NCBI RefSeq assembly: GCF_037042905.1
Contig: NC_087249.1
Location: 10,356,001-10,420,000 of the forward strand
Reading direction: 5' to 3'
From: Lytechinus pictus
Lineage: Eukaryota
DNA: 64,000 nucleotides
The first letter of the stretch is position 1. Each line of letters begins with the position of its first letter. The notes below the pieces were generated by a model that did no database searches, was not told the origin of the DNA, and saw only the letters and a list, made by a program, of their open reading frames with translations. The translations under genes were made by a program, and so were the position numbers. Shown here piece by piece: positions 35,501 through 43,783 of this stretch.

Positions 35501-36606
35501 AATTCGCTCCACATTTTTGAAAGACTGCTATGCATTAAGTCCACGCTGTAGAATCCATGATTCTTATTTCTTTTGATTTTCCCATTCCTGGCACCTAAAC
35601 TTGGAGCACTGTAAATTGATCAGTAAAATGCCACTCAAAACCAGAAAGAAAAATATCCTACTTGACTCAGCCCTAGCGAATTTACTTACTCCCATTGCAG
35701 CCAACTACAAAGTTCATATTTGGACCAAAGCTGCACTCAAGCCTTTTGTGGCACATGAAGTTCTGTAGTGATATTTTCTCGATGATGCCAAGCCCTGCTT
35801 CTATCTAGGAAGGATAAAACAATCCAAAACGGCATTAAATTGTGCAAAACAGTCAGTTAATGTTGCATCGATTATGTGTTCCCTATATCATAAAATCATC
35901 ATCTTAGCACAAACTATTGGGAGCAAAGTGAGTATTGATCTACAAGACTACACATAGATTAACTTCATCTGTAGTTTTAATTTAATGAAAGGATATTTAA
36001 ATATATCAGGTGTTTCCTTTGAAACACCTTCCTTTGGTTGGACAAACAAATTCTCTTGGGGCTTCACTCCTCTGGAAAAAATAGTAATTGCCAGACCAAA
36101 CCTTGGATAAATAATTCCCACTCTACTCTTTCAAAGCCTGATATATTTGTATAATAGATATATTCATAATTTTAATGCTACCCAATGCACCGGCTAAATG
36201 TGATGAGAGTGCATTGCCATATATTGGTTGACAAAGCAATGGTGATAGACTGAAACTCATTAGATAATGATTTAATTGTTCTAACTTGAAATTTTTTTTT
36301 AATTATAATTTCACAATATCAAACCCTTACTAAATCAATATTCTTTTTTTTGGTGCCAACAATCAACTTAAGCTTGAAGTCTTTGGTCAAGCAAAATTAA
36401 CTGTATATTAATCATTACAAGTGGTTACCATAACAGCCATGATATACGGTATATATACGTACACGTTCAATTTGATTACTGGTATTTTGAGACTGGCTGA
36501 ATGGTTCCCCTTTCTTGCTCTCTTCACCTAGGTCACTTTGGATGGACGCAATGTGGGCCCTCTTCTGTTTCGGCCCCCCATTCGAGCTGGATTTGTGTTT
36601 GGGCAT
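4873..36606 (-). CDS. SMC6: SMC6-like protein (divergent paralogue, probably ATPase-deficient); 23 coding exons, 1046 aa in my model
   Basis: Hand-assembled exons with GT-AG boundaries and consistent phases sum to 3141 nt ending in TAG. SMC6 hallmarks: [50 protein letters not shown], hinge [47 protein letters not shown], LSxGERS, LALWES.ESP, MDMVNR, QFIIFTP. Confidence 0.93.
5448..5876. mobile_element. Foldback MITE (PIF/Harbinger-like GGCCC ends)
   Basis: Long inverted arms TTCACAAAGGTGGTTTTTAAAACC..GGTTGAACCCATGGTTTATGCAGATTTCC. Confidence 0.8.
5904..6001 (-). CDS. SMC6: SMC6-like exon 22 ([12 protein letters not shown]...[10 protein letters not shown])
   Basis: TAG acceptor, GTGAGA donor; DMVNR and QFI..TP motifs. 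Confidence 0.94.
6581..6742 (-). CDS. SMC6: SMC6-like exon 21 (signature and Walker [10 protein letters not shown]...VMDGFNNFM)
   Basis: CAG acceptor, GTAAGT donor; degenerate ABC signature and Walker B. Confidence 0.95.
7023..7315 (+). mobile_element. tRNA-derived SINE
   Basis: A/B box-like head (GGTTCAAATCC), core ACCCAGGTGAGGGTGAATGGGTAC, AAGCGCTAT plus (ATT)n tail shared with other copies. Confidence 0.75.
7436..7594 (-). CDS. SMC6: SMC6-like exon 20 (KVNKVID...[18 protein letters not shown])
   Basis: TTTCAG acceptor, GTAAGT donor; Y.G...FDH..E.L.IS motif. Confidence 0.93.
7617..7909. mobile_element. Inverted, partly tandem remnants resembling Penelope-like element terminal repeats
   Basis: GTAGTAGGTTTCACGGTACACCATG present twice forward and once inverted; GTCCTGAAAAGGAC and GTCGAAACGTC motifs. 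Confidence 0.6.
9026..9292 (+). mobile_element. tRNA-derived SINE
   Basis: TGGCTCAGTGG A box, GGTTCAAATCC B box, CCACCCAGGTGTAGTAAATGGGTACC core, ATT tail. Confidence 0.8.
9402..9501 (-). CDS. SMC6: SMC6-like exon 19 ([10 protein letters not shown]...RGLMKTVE)
   Basis: CAG acceptor, GTAATG donor, phase 2 to 0; divergent. Confidence 0.75.
10157..10227 (-). CDS. SMC6: SMC6-like exon 18 ([23 protein letters not shown])
   Basis: CAG acceptor, GTGAGT donor, phase 0 to 2; divergent. Confidence 0.75.
10420..10620 (-). mobile_element. tRNA-derived SINE fragment
   Basis: Reverse complement shows a tRNA-like head and CTCGACCCAGGTGCTATTAATGGGTAC core. Confidence 0.65.
10655..10789 (-). CDS. SMC6: SMC6-like exon 17 (VKTEPS...[10 protein letters not shown]...SEIE)
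   Basis: TAG acceptor, GTATGA donor; KHYEEK motif. Confidence 0.9.
11124..11372 (+). mobile_element. tRNA-derived SINE (second family)
   Basis: TGGCTCAGTGGTAGAGC and GGTTCGATCC boxes followed by a non-tRNA body GTCATACCAAAGACTTATAAAATGG, a 3' stem-loop and ATT tail. Confidence 0.8.
12012..12242 (-). CDS. SMC6: SMC6-like exon 16 (QITQLEAEG...QVDPLK)
   Basis: TTTTCAG acceptor, GTAACC donor; VADLEEE and DPLK motifs. Confidence 0.93.
12490..14055. mobile_element. Non-autonomous hAT-type element, 8-bp TSD TTTTTAAG
   Basis: CAAGCCCTGAAATAAGC / GCTTATTTCAAGGCTTG TIRs and a perfect 8-bp duplication. Confidence 0.85.
14322..15922 (+). mobile_element. Helentron/DINE-1-like non-autonomous element
   Basis: Starts AACTAG, asymmetric sub-TIR ATTAGGTGATCTGTC versus terminal GACACATCACCTAAT, terminal hairpin, A-rich site with no TSD. 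Confidence 0.6.
16030..16362. repeat. (CAT/CAC)n microsatellite
   Basis: Direct inspection. Confidence 0.95.
16363..17227 (-). mobile_element. Internally deleted hAT-like transposon retaining a transposase N-terminal zinc-finger fragment (ORF 16574-16798)
   Basis: TIR CAGAGCTGCCAAGT / ACTTGGCAGCTCTG; peptide [27 protein letters not shown]; flanks CATCGC/CATCAC. Confidence 0.8.
17292..17451 (-). CDS. SMC6: SMC6-like exon 15 ([11 protein letters not shown]...GKINN)
   Basis: TAG acceptor, GTGAGT donor, phase 2 to 0, coiled coil. Confidence 0.87.
18232..18431 (-). CDS. SMC6: SMC6-like exon 14 (RGVESILLI...[13 protein letters not shown]...DEI)
   Basis: CAG acceptor, GTAAAA donor; hinge motif. 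Confidence 0.95.
19824..19934 (-). CDS. SMC6: SMC6-like exon 13 (PRACDISQ...DFPSFLD...NTLVDQ)
   Basis: CAG acceptor, GTAATA donor; hinge motif DFP...N.LVDQ. Confidence 0.93.
20103..20281 (-). CDS. SMC6: SMC6-like exon 12 ([19 protein letters not shown]...SRFE)
   Basis: TAG acceptor, GTAGGC donor; hinge motif FCCHD. Confidence 0.95.
20433..20681 (+). mobile_element. 5'-truncated SINE
   Basis: CCACCCAGGTGTTAAATGGGTACC core plus AAGCGCTAT..(ATT)n tail, as at 9026. Confidence 0.7.
21354..21529 (-). CDS. SMC6: SMC6-like exon 11 (…[14 protein letters not shown]…KKPLGPV)
   Basis: TAG acceptor, GTAAGA donor; start of the SMC6 hinge. Confidence 0.93.
21660..22181 (+). mobile_element. Helentron/DINE-1-like element with TGACCT repeats
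   Basis: Sub-TIR TATGCCTCC versus terminal GGAGGCATA, terminal hairpin, internal tandem TGACCT/GACCCCAAAATC units. Confidence 0.55.
22410..22574 (-). CDS. SMC6: SMC6-like exon 10 ([15 protein letters not shown]...RINGL)
   Basis: CAG acceptor, GTAAGT donor, phase 2/2, coiled coil. Confidence 0.9.
22989..24206. mobile_element. Non-autonomous hAT-like element with 6-bp TSD TAAGTG; nested MITE at about 23298-24108
   Basis: TAAGTG|CAGACCTGCCAACC...GGTTGGCATGTCTG|TAAGTG; inner TIR GGTATTCTGAG / CTCAGAATACC. Confidence 0.8.
24272..24360 (-). CDS. SMC6: SMC6-like exon 9 (REIKLVTP...RVKKE)
   Basis: TTTTGCAG acceptor, GTAAAT donor; supplies the phase 0 to phase 2 link needed by the next exon. Confidence 0.78.
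24415..25016. mobile_element. MITE with TTAA TSD (Kolobok-like)
   Basis: TTAA|AGGTCAAGTCCACCC...GGGTGGACTTGTCCT|TTAA; second copy at 31327. Confidence 0.88.
25877..26314. mobile_element. MITE with TAA TSD (PIF/Harbinger-like)
   Basis: Imperfect TIR with AAAACTAGTTT core; the empty site is visible in the adjacent tandem copy near 26490. Confidence 0.8.
26704..26850 (-). CDS. SMC6: SMC6-like exon 8 ([10 protein letters not shown]...VKSLE)
   Basis: Pyrimidine tract plus CAG, GTATAG donor, 147 nt, coiled-coil composition. Confidence 0.82.
26936..27456. mobile_element. hAT-type MITE, 8-bp TSD AAGGGGGC, rich in CAATTAC repeats
   Basis: TAGGGTTGGGCT..AGCCCAACCCTG TIR and a perfect TSD. Confidence 0.85.
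28455..28568 (-). CDS. SMC6: SMC6-like exon 7 ([18 protein letters not shown]...AEPER)
   Basis: TAG acceptor, GTGAGA donor, phase 0/0; coiled-coil-like start but divergent. Confidence 0.72.
29290..29391 (-). CDS. SMC6: SMC6-like exon 6 ([15 protein letters not shown]...ELNA)
   Basis: CAG acceptor, GTAAGT donor; FLKATQLE motif. Confidence 0.92.
29464..29561. repeat. (TAC/TAA)n microsatellite
   Basis: Direct inspection. Confidence 0.95.
29652..31105. mobile_element. Unclassified non-autonomous element with imperfect TIRs and palindromic subtermini (possibly Crypton-like)
   Basis: ATATACAAAATTATG.. / ..CATTATTTGTATAT ends; each end has a GGTGAAAGA..TTCAAC..GTTGAA..TCTTTCAC palindrome. Confidence 0.55.
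31209..31289 (-). CDS. SMC6: SMC6-like exon 5 ([28 protein letters not shown]-loop region)
   Basis: CAG acceptor, GTATTA donor, 81 nt; VDNP...SK.FL motif. Confidence 0.92.
31327..31918. mobile_element. Second copy of the 24415 TTAA MITE
   Basis: Collinear similarity over ~590 bp; right end slightly degraded. Confidence 0.88.
32365..32563 (-). CDS. SMC6: SMC6-like exon 4 ([22 protein letters not shown]...HLHIQ)
   Basis: CAG acceptor, GTAAAC donor; SMC6 LRNRG.DA..PE.YG motif. Confidence 0.95.
33070..33339. mobile_element. Harbinger-like MITE (GGCCCCGTCTTACAAAGAGTT family), CTG TSD
   Basis: ~35-bp TIRs; further copies at 35044 and 62964. Confidence 0.8.
33579..33947. mobile_element. Harbinger-like MITE, TTA TSD
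   Basis: TTA|AGGCCACCGCACAACTTACGACCCGACTGGTC...GACCAGTCGGGTCGTAAGGTATGCGGTGGACT|TTA. Confidence 0.8.
34310..34415 (-). CDS. SMC6: SMC6-like exon 3 (Walker [17 protein letters not shown]...)
   Basis: CAG acceptor, GTAAGT donor; completes GCNGSGKS with exon 2. Confidence 0.93.
35044..35314. mobile_element. Harbinger-like MITE, same family as 33070
   Basis: TIRs CCCCGTCTTACAGAGAGTTACG / CGTAACTCTCTATAAGACGGGG. Confidence 0.82.
35690..35804 (-). CDS. SMC6: SMC6-like exon 2 ([19 protein letters not shown]...VVGCNG)
   Basis: TAG acceptor, GTAAGT donor, 115 nt, N-terminal SMC head motifs. Confidence 0.95.
36463..36606 (-). CDS. SMC6: SMC6-like coding exon 1 (MPKHKSSS...NQIER)
   Basis: ATG at 36606 after acceptor TAG at 36645; donor GTACGT; N-terminus resembles MPKHKPSS of the plus-strand copy. 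Confidence 0.85.
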
Positions 36607-37169
36607 GACTGCACTGGAAGTGTTGCTGATGAAGGTTTGGGTTCCTATGGAAAAACGATGCTGATAAGGTCTAAATAAAGAGTGAGAAAGAGAAAGCTCG
36701 GCTTAAATTTCAATATTTTAGGGCGACATCTCGGTCATAGGGTCAATTCTGCTGAAGAGTGGGCAGCATCCACAAGAATATTTCTGAAAAAAAATCACCC
36801 TCAACATTTAAGGATTCAAAAGAAGGTCACTAGGACACCCTAGACCAGGATTTTGTGCAGGTAGGTGTTTAATAAAGTTGTTTGTTAGTTATAAGAGACT
36901 CTACGAATGACTGGTGACTCTTTTTTTTATATGCTGATTCAACACCAACATGACCAATGAAAATTTGGTGTAGATCTATCATTCATCACAAGAAAGGTAG
37001 GTACGCCACTGATAATTCAAATCTTCATCCAAATCTGTTGAAACTTACCTCAACATAAAGAAAATGTGTCACCCATTACGATGATGCATTGATTAAGACA
37101 TATGATGAAGAATAACTCAAGTTATGATTTTTTAAAGAAATGATTTCTAAGTATTATCCATTCCGAACG

Positions 37170-37400
37170 AATTGTCGACCATCGAGTATCAATCACCACC
37201 GCGCATGCGCATTCGGGGATTGCCAATTCGGGGCGGAGATTTTACATCGCGCATAAACGCTTCTCGCGGCATGGTGACGAAGCGTAAGTGCGCATCATTT
37301 GTGAATGAGATTGGTCATTTTCGCGGCGCTCATAAATATGCATGTGCGTTCATGATACGCATATATCGGAGTATTTTGTTGTTTTGCAAGGCACATGCAG
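37170..37400. promoter_or_regulatory. CpG-rich promoter candidate upstream of the minus-strand SMC6-like gene
   Basis: Local CpG enrichment, GCGCATGCGC (NRF1-type palindrome, 37201-37210), GGGGCGGAG GC box, TTTTCGCGGC E2F-like site; minus-strand donor near 37048. Confidence 0.5.
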
Positions 37401-38394
37401 TGTGCAAGACGATTGATTTGAGACTTGAAGTTAATTTCACATGTTTTAACTAGATTATCTGAATTACAGTGCACAATTACGACATGGAAGACCATTGGGA
37501 TGGATTTCAAATATAATATGTAAGTGAGTTGATAACATTTGGTTTTGCATCTTTCTTTTTTCAAGTTGTTTTGAGATCGAGAATTTTTTCTTTCATTTTA
37601 ATCATCATTTCTTGTTTCTTGTCTGTCCACCGCAATTTTTTGTAGTCCTATGTTAAATGTTCCCCTTCAGTACACTGATGCCTGAAAGTATGAATCCGAA
37701 AAATGCACCCCCCCCCCCGCGTTCATCCTTTCTCTCGATCCTAACAATAACATTAAAAAGGATAATAACATAAGCTGATACTAGATAGTTTTGACAAGTT
37801 ATTAAAGTCGTTTTTTTTTTTTTTGGAGAGGCGGGGTGGGGGGGGGGGGTGATGTAATTCCCATTCCCCCCCCCCCCCTCATTTTTTGTTTTTATTCGTG
37901 ACTTGATATCCTTGCCTTTACGTGATTTCCTATGCATGCTCAATCCTTGAAACTTTACATAATTTTAAAATATTTTTACAGATCCATAGTACACCATACA
38001 GAACTTTTTTTAAAGGAGCTAGTCTCAAGTTTGCCTCTCTGTTTTGTTTCCTTTTCTGTGAGTTCCTTTCTTCTCATTTTGTTCCTCTCCTGTACTAACT
38101 TTACAACCATTTGCTTTTGTTTTTGCTCCTCTAGCCTCACTTTTTTCCCAATTTCATTGCATTCATTATTTTGTTTTCTCTTTCATCTACAGGAAATTTT
38201 TGTAGCCAGGAGGCTGTATCATTTGATGAAAACATCAGTTTGGATTCGACCTTACCACAGAAATGTTAGGGGCCCTATGAAGCATTGCATCCGCTCTGCC
38301 AAACTGCCTCTCACCCGAGATATTTGTAGAACTACACGATGCACTTTCTGCAGCAAGATCCAGCTAAAGTTGTGATGAACTAGCATATAATAGA

Positions 38395-38556
38395 TTTCTT
38401 ATATTCATAACATTCATCATTCCAGTTCTTAATTGATATTTCAAAAGTTTAATAAATCACTTTACATGCATTTAATATATTTCTTATATTCATATCATTC
38501 ATCATTCCAGTTCTTAATTGATATTTCAAAAGTTTAATAAATCACTTTACATGCAT
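38395..38556. repeat. Local ~85-bp tandem duplication
   Basis: TTTCTTATATTCAT...TTTACATGCAT occurs at 38395 and 38480. Confidence 0.9.
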
Positions 38557-38672
38557 CATATTGAGCTGTACACTGAATCTTGCCTCATAAGATCATTTGG
38601 CTTCAGCTCTACATAATACCCCCCCCCCCAGCAATAAAAAATGAAAATCTAATAAAACAATAGAGCTGCAGG

Positions 38673-38910
38673 CAGTAGCGTACCTAGGATTTTCCACAGG
38701 GGGGGGGGGGGGGGCAAAATCGTCCGCCCAAAAATTTGACAAGCAAAAAAGTCTTCAACCACAAATAAAGGATTTCGTACTTTCGGTCTTAAACTTCAAA
38801 GGAGGGGGCCACCGGTGGCTCATCAGGGGGGGAGGGCAGGGATACGTCCCTTGCATGGGTTGTGACTCGTCGGGGGGGCAGTCTGCCCCCCCCCCATAGG
38901 TACGCTAGTG
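38673..38910. mobile_element. hAT-type MITE, 8-bp TSD GCTGCAGG
   Basis: CAGTAGCGTACCTA / TAGGTACGCTAGTG TIRs; same family as 57712. Confidence 0.88.
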
Positions 38911-40669
38911 GCTGCAGGTCCACCCACCCATCTGTATCAACCATTACCTCCAATGAGAATACCTTATTTTAAATTTTATTGAGCAACTTCATTAATACTG
39001 TTAAAATATCCAATTTATATTTTTATGTGGAGTTAATTAATGTAACCAATGCCAACAAGGAAAAAAAATAAAATGAATACTTTCATGTGTCAGTGTGGAT
39101 TTGTCATTTCTTTTTTAAATTTATTTTAATATTCAGATCTGTATGTGTATCCTTTTTCAACACTATGTTCCTTCTCTTCTCTACTGCATGTGCCAAATTG
39201 TTTGTTTTTTTGCTCATACTTCTTAAATAAATCATGAAAAAATTACATAAAGTCTAAATAAAAATATTTAAACAGACATACAAGAAAAAAAGTGTTAGTT
39301 TGGGGTGATAGAAAATGTTAGAAGACAGTTGGGGGGGGGGGGGTGAGATAAATCAATTGTTTCTTTCTTGTCAATTTAAAAGCTGCAATTCACATTTGTG
39401 AATAATTAAGTAGTTGGTAGAACAATTCCTGCTTAAAGTTGCAGTCTGAATGGAATGCAGGATCGCCAAGAACAAAGCCCAGAGGCAGAGGTGGGGTTGG
39501 TTTTTTTAAGGCGGCATTTCCATCACGCTTTCTTGGAACCACAGATATTCGACGGCTCATGCAGCCCAAGTCTGTTCATTGTTGGGCCCCTCGACTTCAG
39601 ATCAGTAAGTATTGCCATGCTCAAATGGAGGTAAGAAATTAATCTGAATGAAAATAAAAATATGAAAACAAAAGAAAATTAAAATGATAATGAATTAAAT
39701 TAGATCTAGGCCATTCATTTTTAAAATAATAAAAAATTTAAGTTTGATTAGGCCAAAAGAAATCATGTTACATGAATTTTCAACAGAATATAATCATCAA
39801 ATAATGAATCAAGACTAAAGTAAATTACCTAAAGTAAAGGCTAAAATTAGGTTCGAGAAGATTCAGAAAGTTGTTGCGTCATTTGCCATTTTTTTCCAAT
39901 ATTTTATTCAATCAAAATGAATGTGTGTCAGTGTGGGATGTATTTCTGATTTCTACATTTGTGTCTGGTTTTCAATTCCTAATTTATAAAAAAGAAAAAG
40001 TTTTTTTAAATCAAAGAAATACCAGACATATCACGGTAGACGGTCTGCTACACAAATTCCAATGCGCAGGACTACACACCGCGGGCAACCCAAAACCCTA
40101 GCAGCCGCCATAAATTAGCCCGCGAAACGCGTCGCCAAAATTCCCACGAAAATCCCACGAAACAAATAGCAAGGGCGTTTAACATTCGTCCGTGGCAAAT
40201 GGTGGCAAGAAATGCTGCCATGAATGAGGTAAGAAATGAAAGCTTACGACTTCAATTTTCGAGTAGCATATGTATTTTTAGCGTAATATGTCTGATAATT
40301 CCATGAAAATAACATATAATGATGATTTGATGCATAAACTGTACTTACAGACTGTTTTAGTGCAATTTTTGTTCCGATCTCGACCCTCCGTCGCAAGAGC
40401 TTACCGTGCAGTATAGCTGAATGCATTGGGAAGATGATGTCATCGTTTTCATTCCCATTGATATACGTTTACCATCCTAGACAGGAGACTCAAGTAGGGC
40501 TTGCCGTTATTGCTCGCACCGGCTCCCGAAGCAGCTTGTCGCCATTTTCGTACGCGAAAATGATGACGCGAAAATCGCGCCCTCTCGCGCTAGAGTAGCG
40601 TACCTAAGAAAGGGTTACCATTCTGAAATGTCCATATTAATATTAGAAAAAATAAATAAGTGATGAAGG

Positions 40670-41360
40670 AATGGAGTAGAAATAGAATTTTAAAGAACAT
40701 AAACAAATTCAAAGCAAATCAATGCATGTTCCCTGATTGCATTCGGAAAATACATGCAACTTAGTTGATATGGAAAGTTGGAACAGGAGATCCAAACAAC
40801 CTGCTCTCAGCTGTTACTTCAATACAGGTAAAATTCATATTCCGAATTTGAAATGTATTTCCATTCTAAATATTTTCTTAAAAGTGGTTGAATCTGGTCA
40901 ATAAACTGAAAATTAAATGATAAATTATCAGTTCCGTCGTGGTTCTGAAAGATCAATGCTGAGTGATTTCACAAGACTACAATACACAGTACAGTCCCAT
41001 GTTCTCATTTTCGTGTTGGAAATGTGTTTGCAGTCACGTAGCGTCGATCTTTCAGGACCAAGAATGGACTGATAATTTATCTTTTCAGAGTAATTGATTG
41101 ACCAGATTACACCACTTTTTCAGAAAATGTACTTTGTAAAACATTTCATATTCTTTGGAATATGAATTTTACCAGTATTAATAACAGCTGAGTGGACTCA
41201 GTGGAGGTTTTTTTTTTTACTGTTTCAATATTCCTGATCAACACTTTCCAATAAGAGAAGCTGCGTTTGCGATCTGACATTGTAATCGATCATAATCATA
41301 TCTACATGAAATAATCTTGAAAAAAAATAATATGTTCTTTGAAATTCAGTTTCTATATCC
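40670..41360. mobile_element. Old degraded foldback element (boundaries approximate)
   Basis: Nested inverted matches: GAATTTTAAAGAACATA / TATGTTCTTTGAAATTC, GGTAAAATTCATATTCC / GGAATATGAATTTTACC, GATAAATTATCAGT / ACTGATAATTTATC. Confidence 0.65.
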
Positions 41361-43783
41361 TCAACCTCTCGTTTTCAGTATTTTTTCTTTGGTAATTTTT
41401 AAAATTTGAAAATGAAAGGAGAAAGGACTCTTACTTTTGTTTAAAGAAAAAATGGCCTTATCGTGAAATTTGTCACCTCTCTTCTCGTGTGTGTCGGTGT
41501 GTGCGCGCTCGTTGTGTACAAAGTCAATGGGAATGGAAAGATGTCACCACCGCTGACGAAATAAACGGCAGTGAATGGACTGGTGACATAAACCACGATA
41601 ATGCCGAAAAAATATAAATAAAAGAAAGTTATGCAACAATTTTGATAACTATTCTTTTTAAAACAAAAAAACTTTATGACTGACCACTGCTGCCACAAAC
41701 TTTAAGGTGGCTAAGGGTTGGCGAACTTTTGTTTTAAATATGATTATAATTTAATTTGGCACACATTGCCGAATGCCGAACCGAACCCAAACATGCCGCC
41801 TGATTTGCAGCACTACTATCTGTTGCTTAACTCACCGAGCTAGCAGGATTTGCTGCTGAAATGAAAGCCCAGGCAAAAATAGACCAAAAGCTAATCTCTG
41901 TAAATTGGTTGTTCCGCTGAACTACATCGGCTCCACTCAAATCCCCAGAAATGACGGTTAATCCTTGTCTAAGGCCAAAAAGGGTTTTACACTAATCACA
42001 GTGATTGTAACTTGTAATATTGTAACTTATAGGTCTGTCTACCAATTTTTCCTCATTACTGTTGTTTAGTTTACAACTGCAATTAATAAAAAAAGAGAAT
42101 ATTTATATCTACGCCTTTCTGATTATTTAACTTCTTAGATATATTTTCAGAACGAGTCGGAGGACAGAGTTCCATATGCACCCCTCACCCAAAAATGACA
42201 AAAAATTGCCAGGACTTCCGGTTTGTTCATGTCACTTCATATTTCGCTATCGAGTTTTTTAGTTTCTTACCTTTTTCTATTTCCAGGGACTCAAAGACAA
42301 ACTCACTTCGTTGTACTGCAGTCAAGACTTCTACCTGCTATGCCTATGCTAGCAAGAAGCTAGGGTTTTTTTAGCGATCATGATCGTGAACCGATAGTTC
42401 CGACTAGACCAACAGACCCTTTCCTGACTAAACAAACCGATGTCTACGGACAATTACACGCACTCAATCCTGCTCGAAAATTTGACGGAAGCCATATTTT
42501 TGCCTGTAGATCTACTGTAGTCATGGTAGTGTCTATTAGTATTACCACTCCTCCATCATCACATCAGATTCAGATCATTTCACATTTGTCATCTTTTTTT
42601 AAATTTAGATAGATCGATTCTACATTTCTAGATCTAGATCTTTAATTTTTATATTTACATTTTGATTTGAACCTTCTCCATGTTTTTATTTTCGATTTCA
42701 GTGGGGTGCATATGGAACTCTTGCCATGATTTTATGAACTTTTTCCATAATATAGGCCATATATTTGTTTCGGTGGAGGTGATACTAGTCTATGCCGCAT
42801 GCCGCGGATCCAAGCGGCACGTGCACCGAGTATGCAGGACACGCTGCTCTGCAGCAGAAAAGAAAATTGCTACGCCAACGAGATCGAGATTTAGGAAGTT
42901 ATTAAGCCAGGGTCTAATGTTAGCTCAATTTTGATCTATTTTCACTAGAAATTTCAGTAAAAGTAGTTACTCGACTTACCAGAAAGCCTGCTGATGCTCA
43001 AACACATTCACTTGAAACTTTAACTCAAAGTTCTCCTGGTTGTACCGGCGGTGATGATAATTGATCTTGGCGCGCGCATCATCATGCATAATAATATGGC
43101 TAAACTAGCGTGCATGAAAAAGGGAAACCCCCTATCGCAACCACGCATTTTCCGATGAGGGGGGGGGGGGGGGGGAGTACGCTCCCGGAGCTGAGCTGAG
43201 GAGGGACAAGTCTCACCATTGTTTGAATGACGTTAATTTGATTCAATTTTTTTAAAGATAAAATCCAGATCTACATACTTTGTCATTATCTTTATTTCCC
43301 CCCCAAATTATTACCCCTATTTTACCGCTCTCGTACTCTTTCCCATTTGTCTATCACATTTTGTCACGTTTCGTATATACATAATCTCTAGCTCCTCGAT
43401 CCTAACCCTTCTGTTTCTTCTAGCTTTTATATCTACCATAGAGATAAATACATCTCTATGAGATCTAGTACTAGTAATAGTATTCCATTACTATTTCGTT
43501 TCATCAGAGCCGTACGTGTGGACGATTATTTTTTTAAAGGGGGTGCTGATTTGTAAGAGAATTTGACAAGCAAAACAACAAAGAAAGAAAAAAAAAACGC
43601 ACACACATGCACACACACAAAAAAGAGGTTTTCACTAAAACATGAAGGTCAGTTTTTAGCATACCTATACCTGACTTCCAGGGGTGCTGCCTATATGGCG
43701 TATAACACCAGCACCCACGGCAAATGTTAGGTGCTTCACCCCCGCTTTGTAGCCCTTTATGTGACTCATACTAATTAATAAGA

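Noticed and set aside
4873..36606. Calling the minus-strand gene a pseudogene
   Set aside because: No in-frame stop or net frameshift, and canonical splice sites across 23 exons; expression is still unproven.
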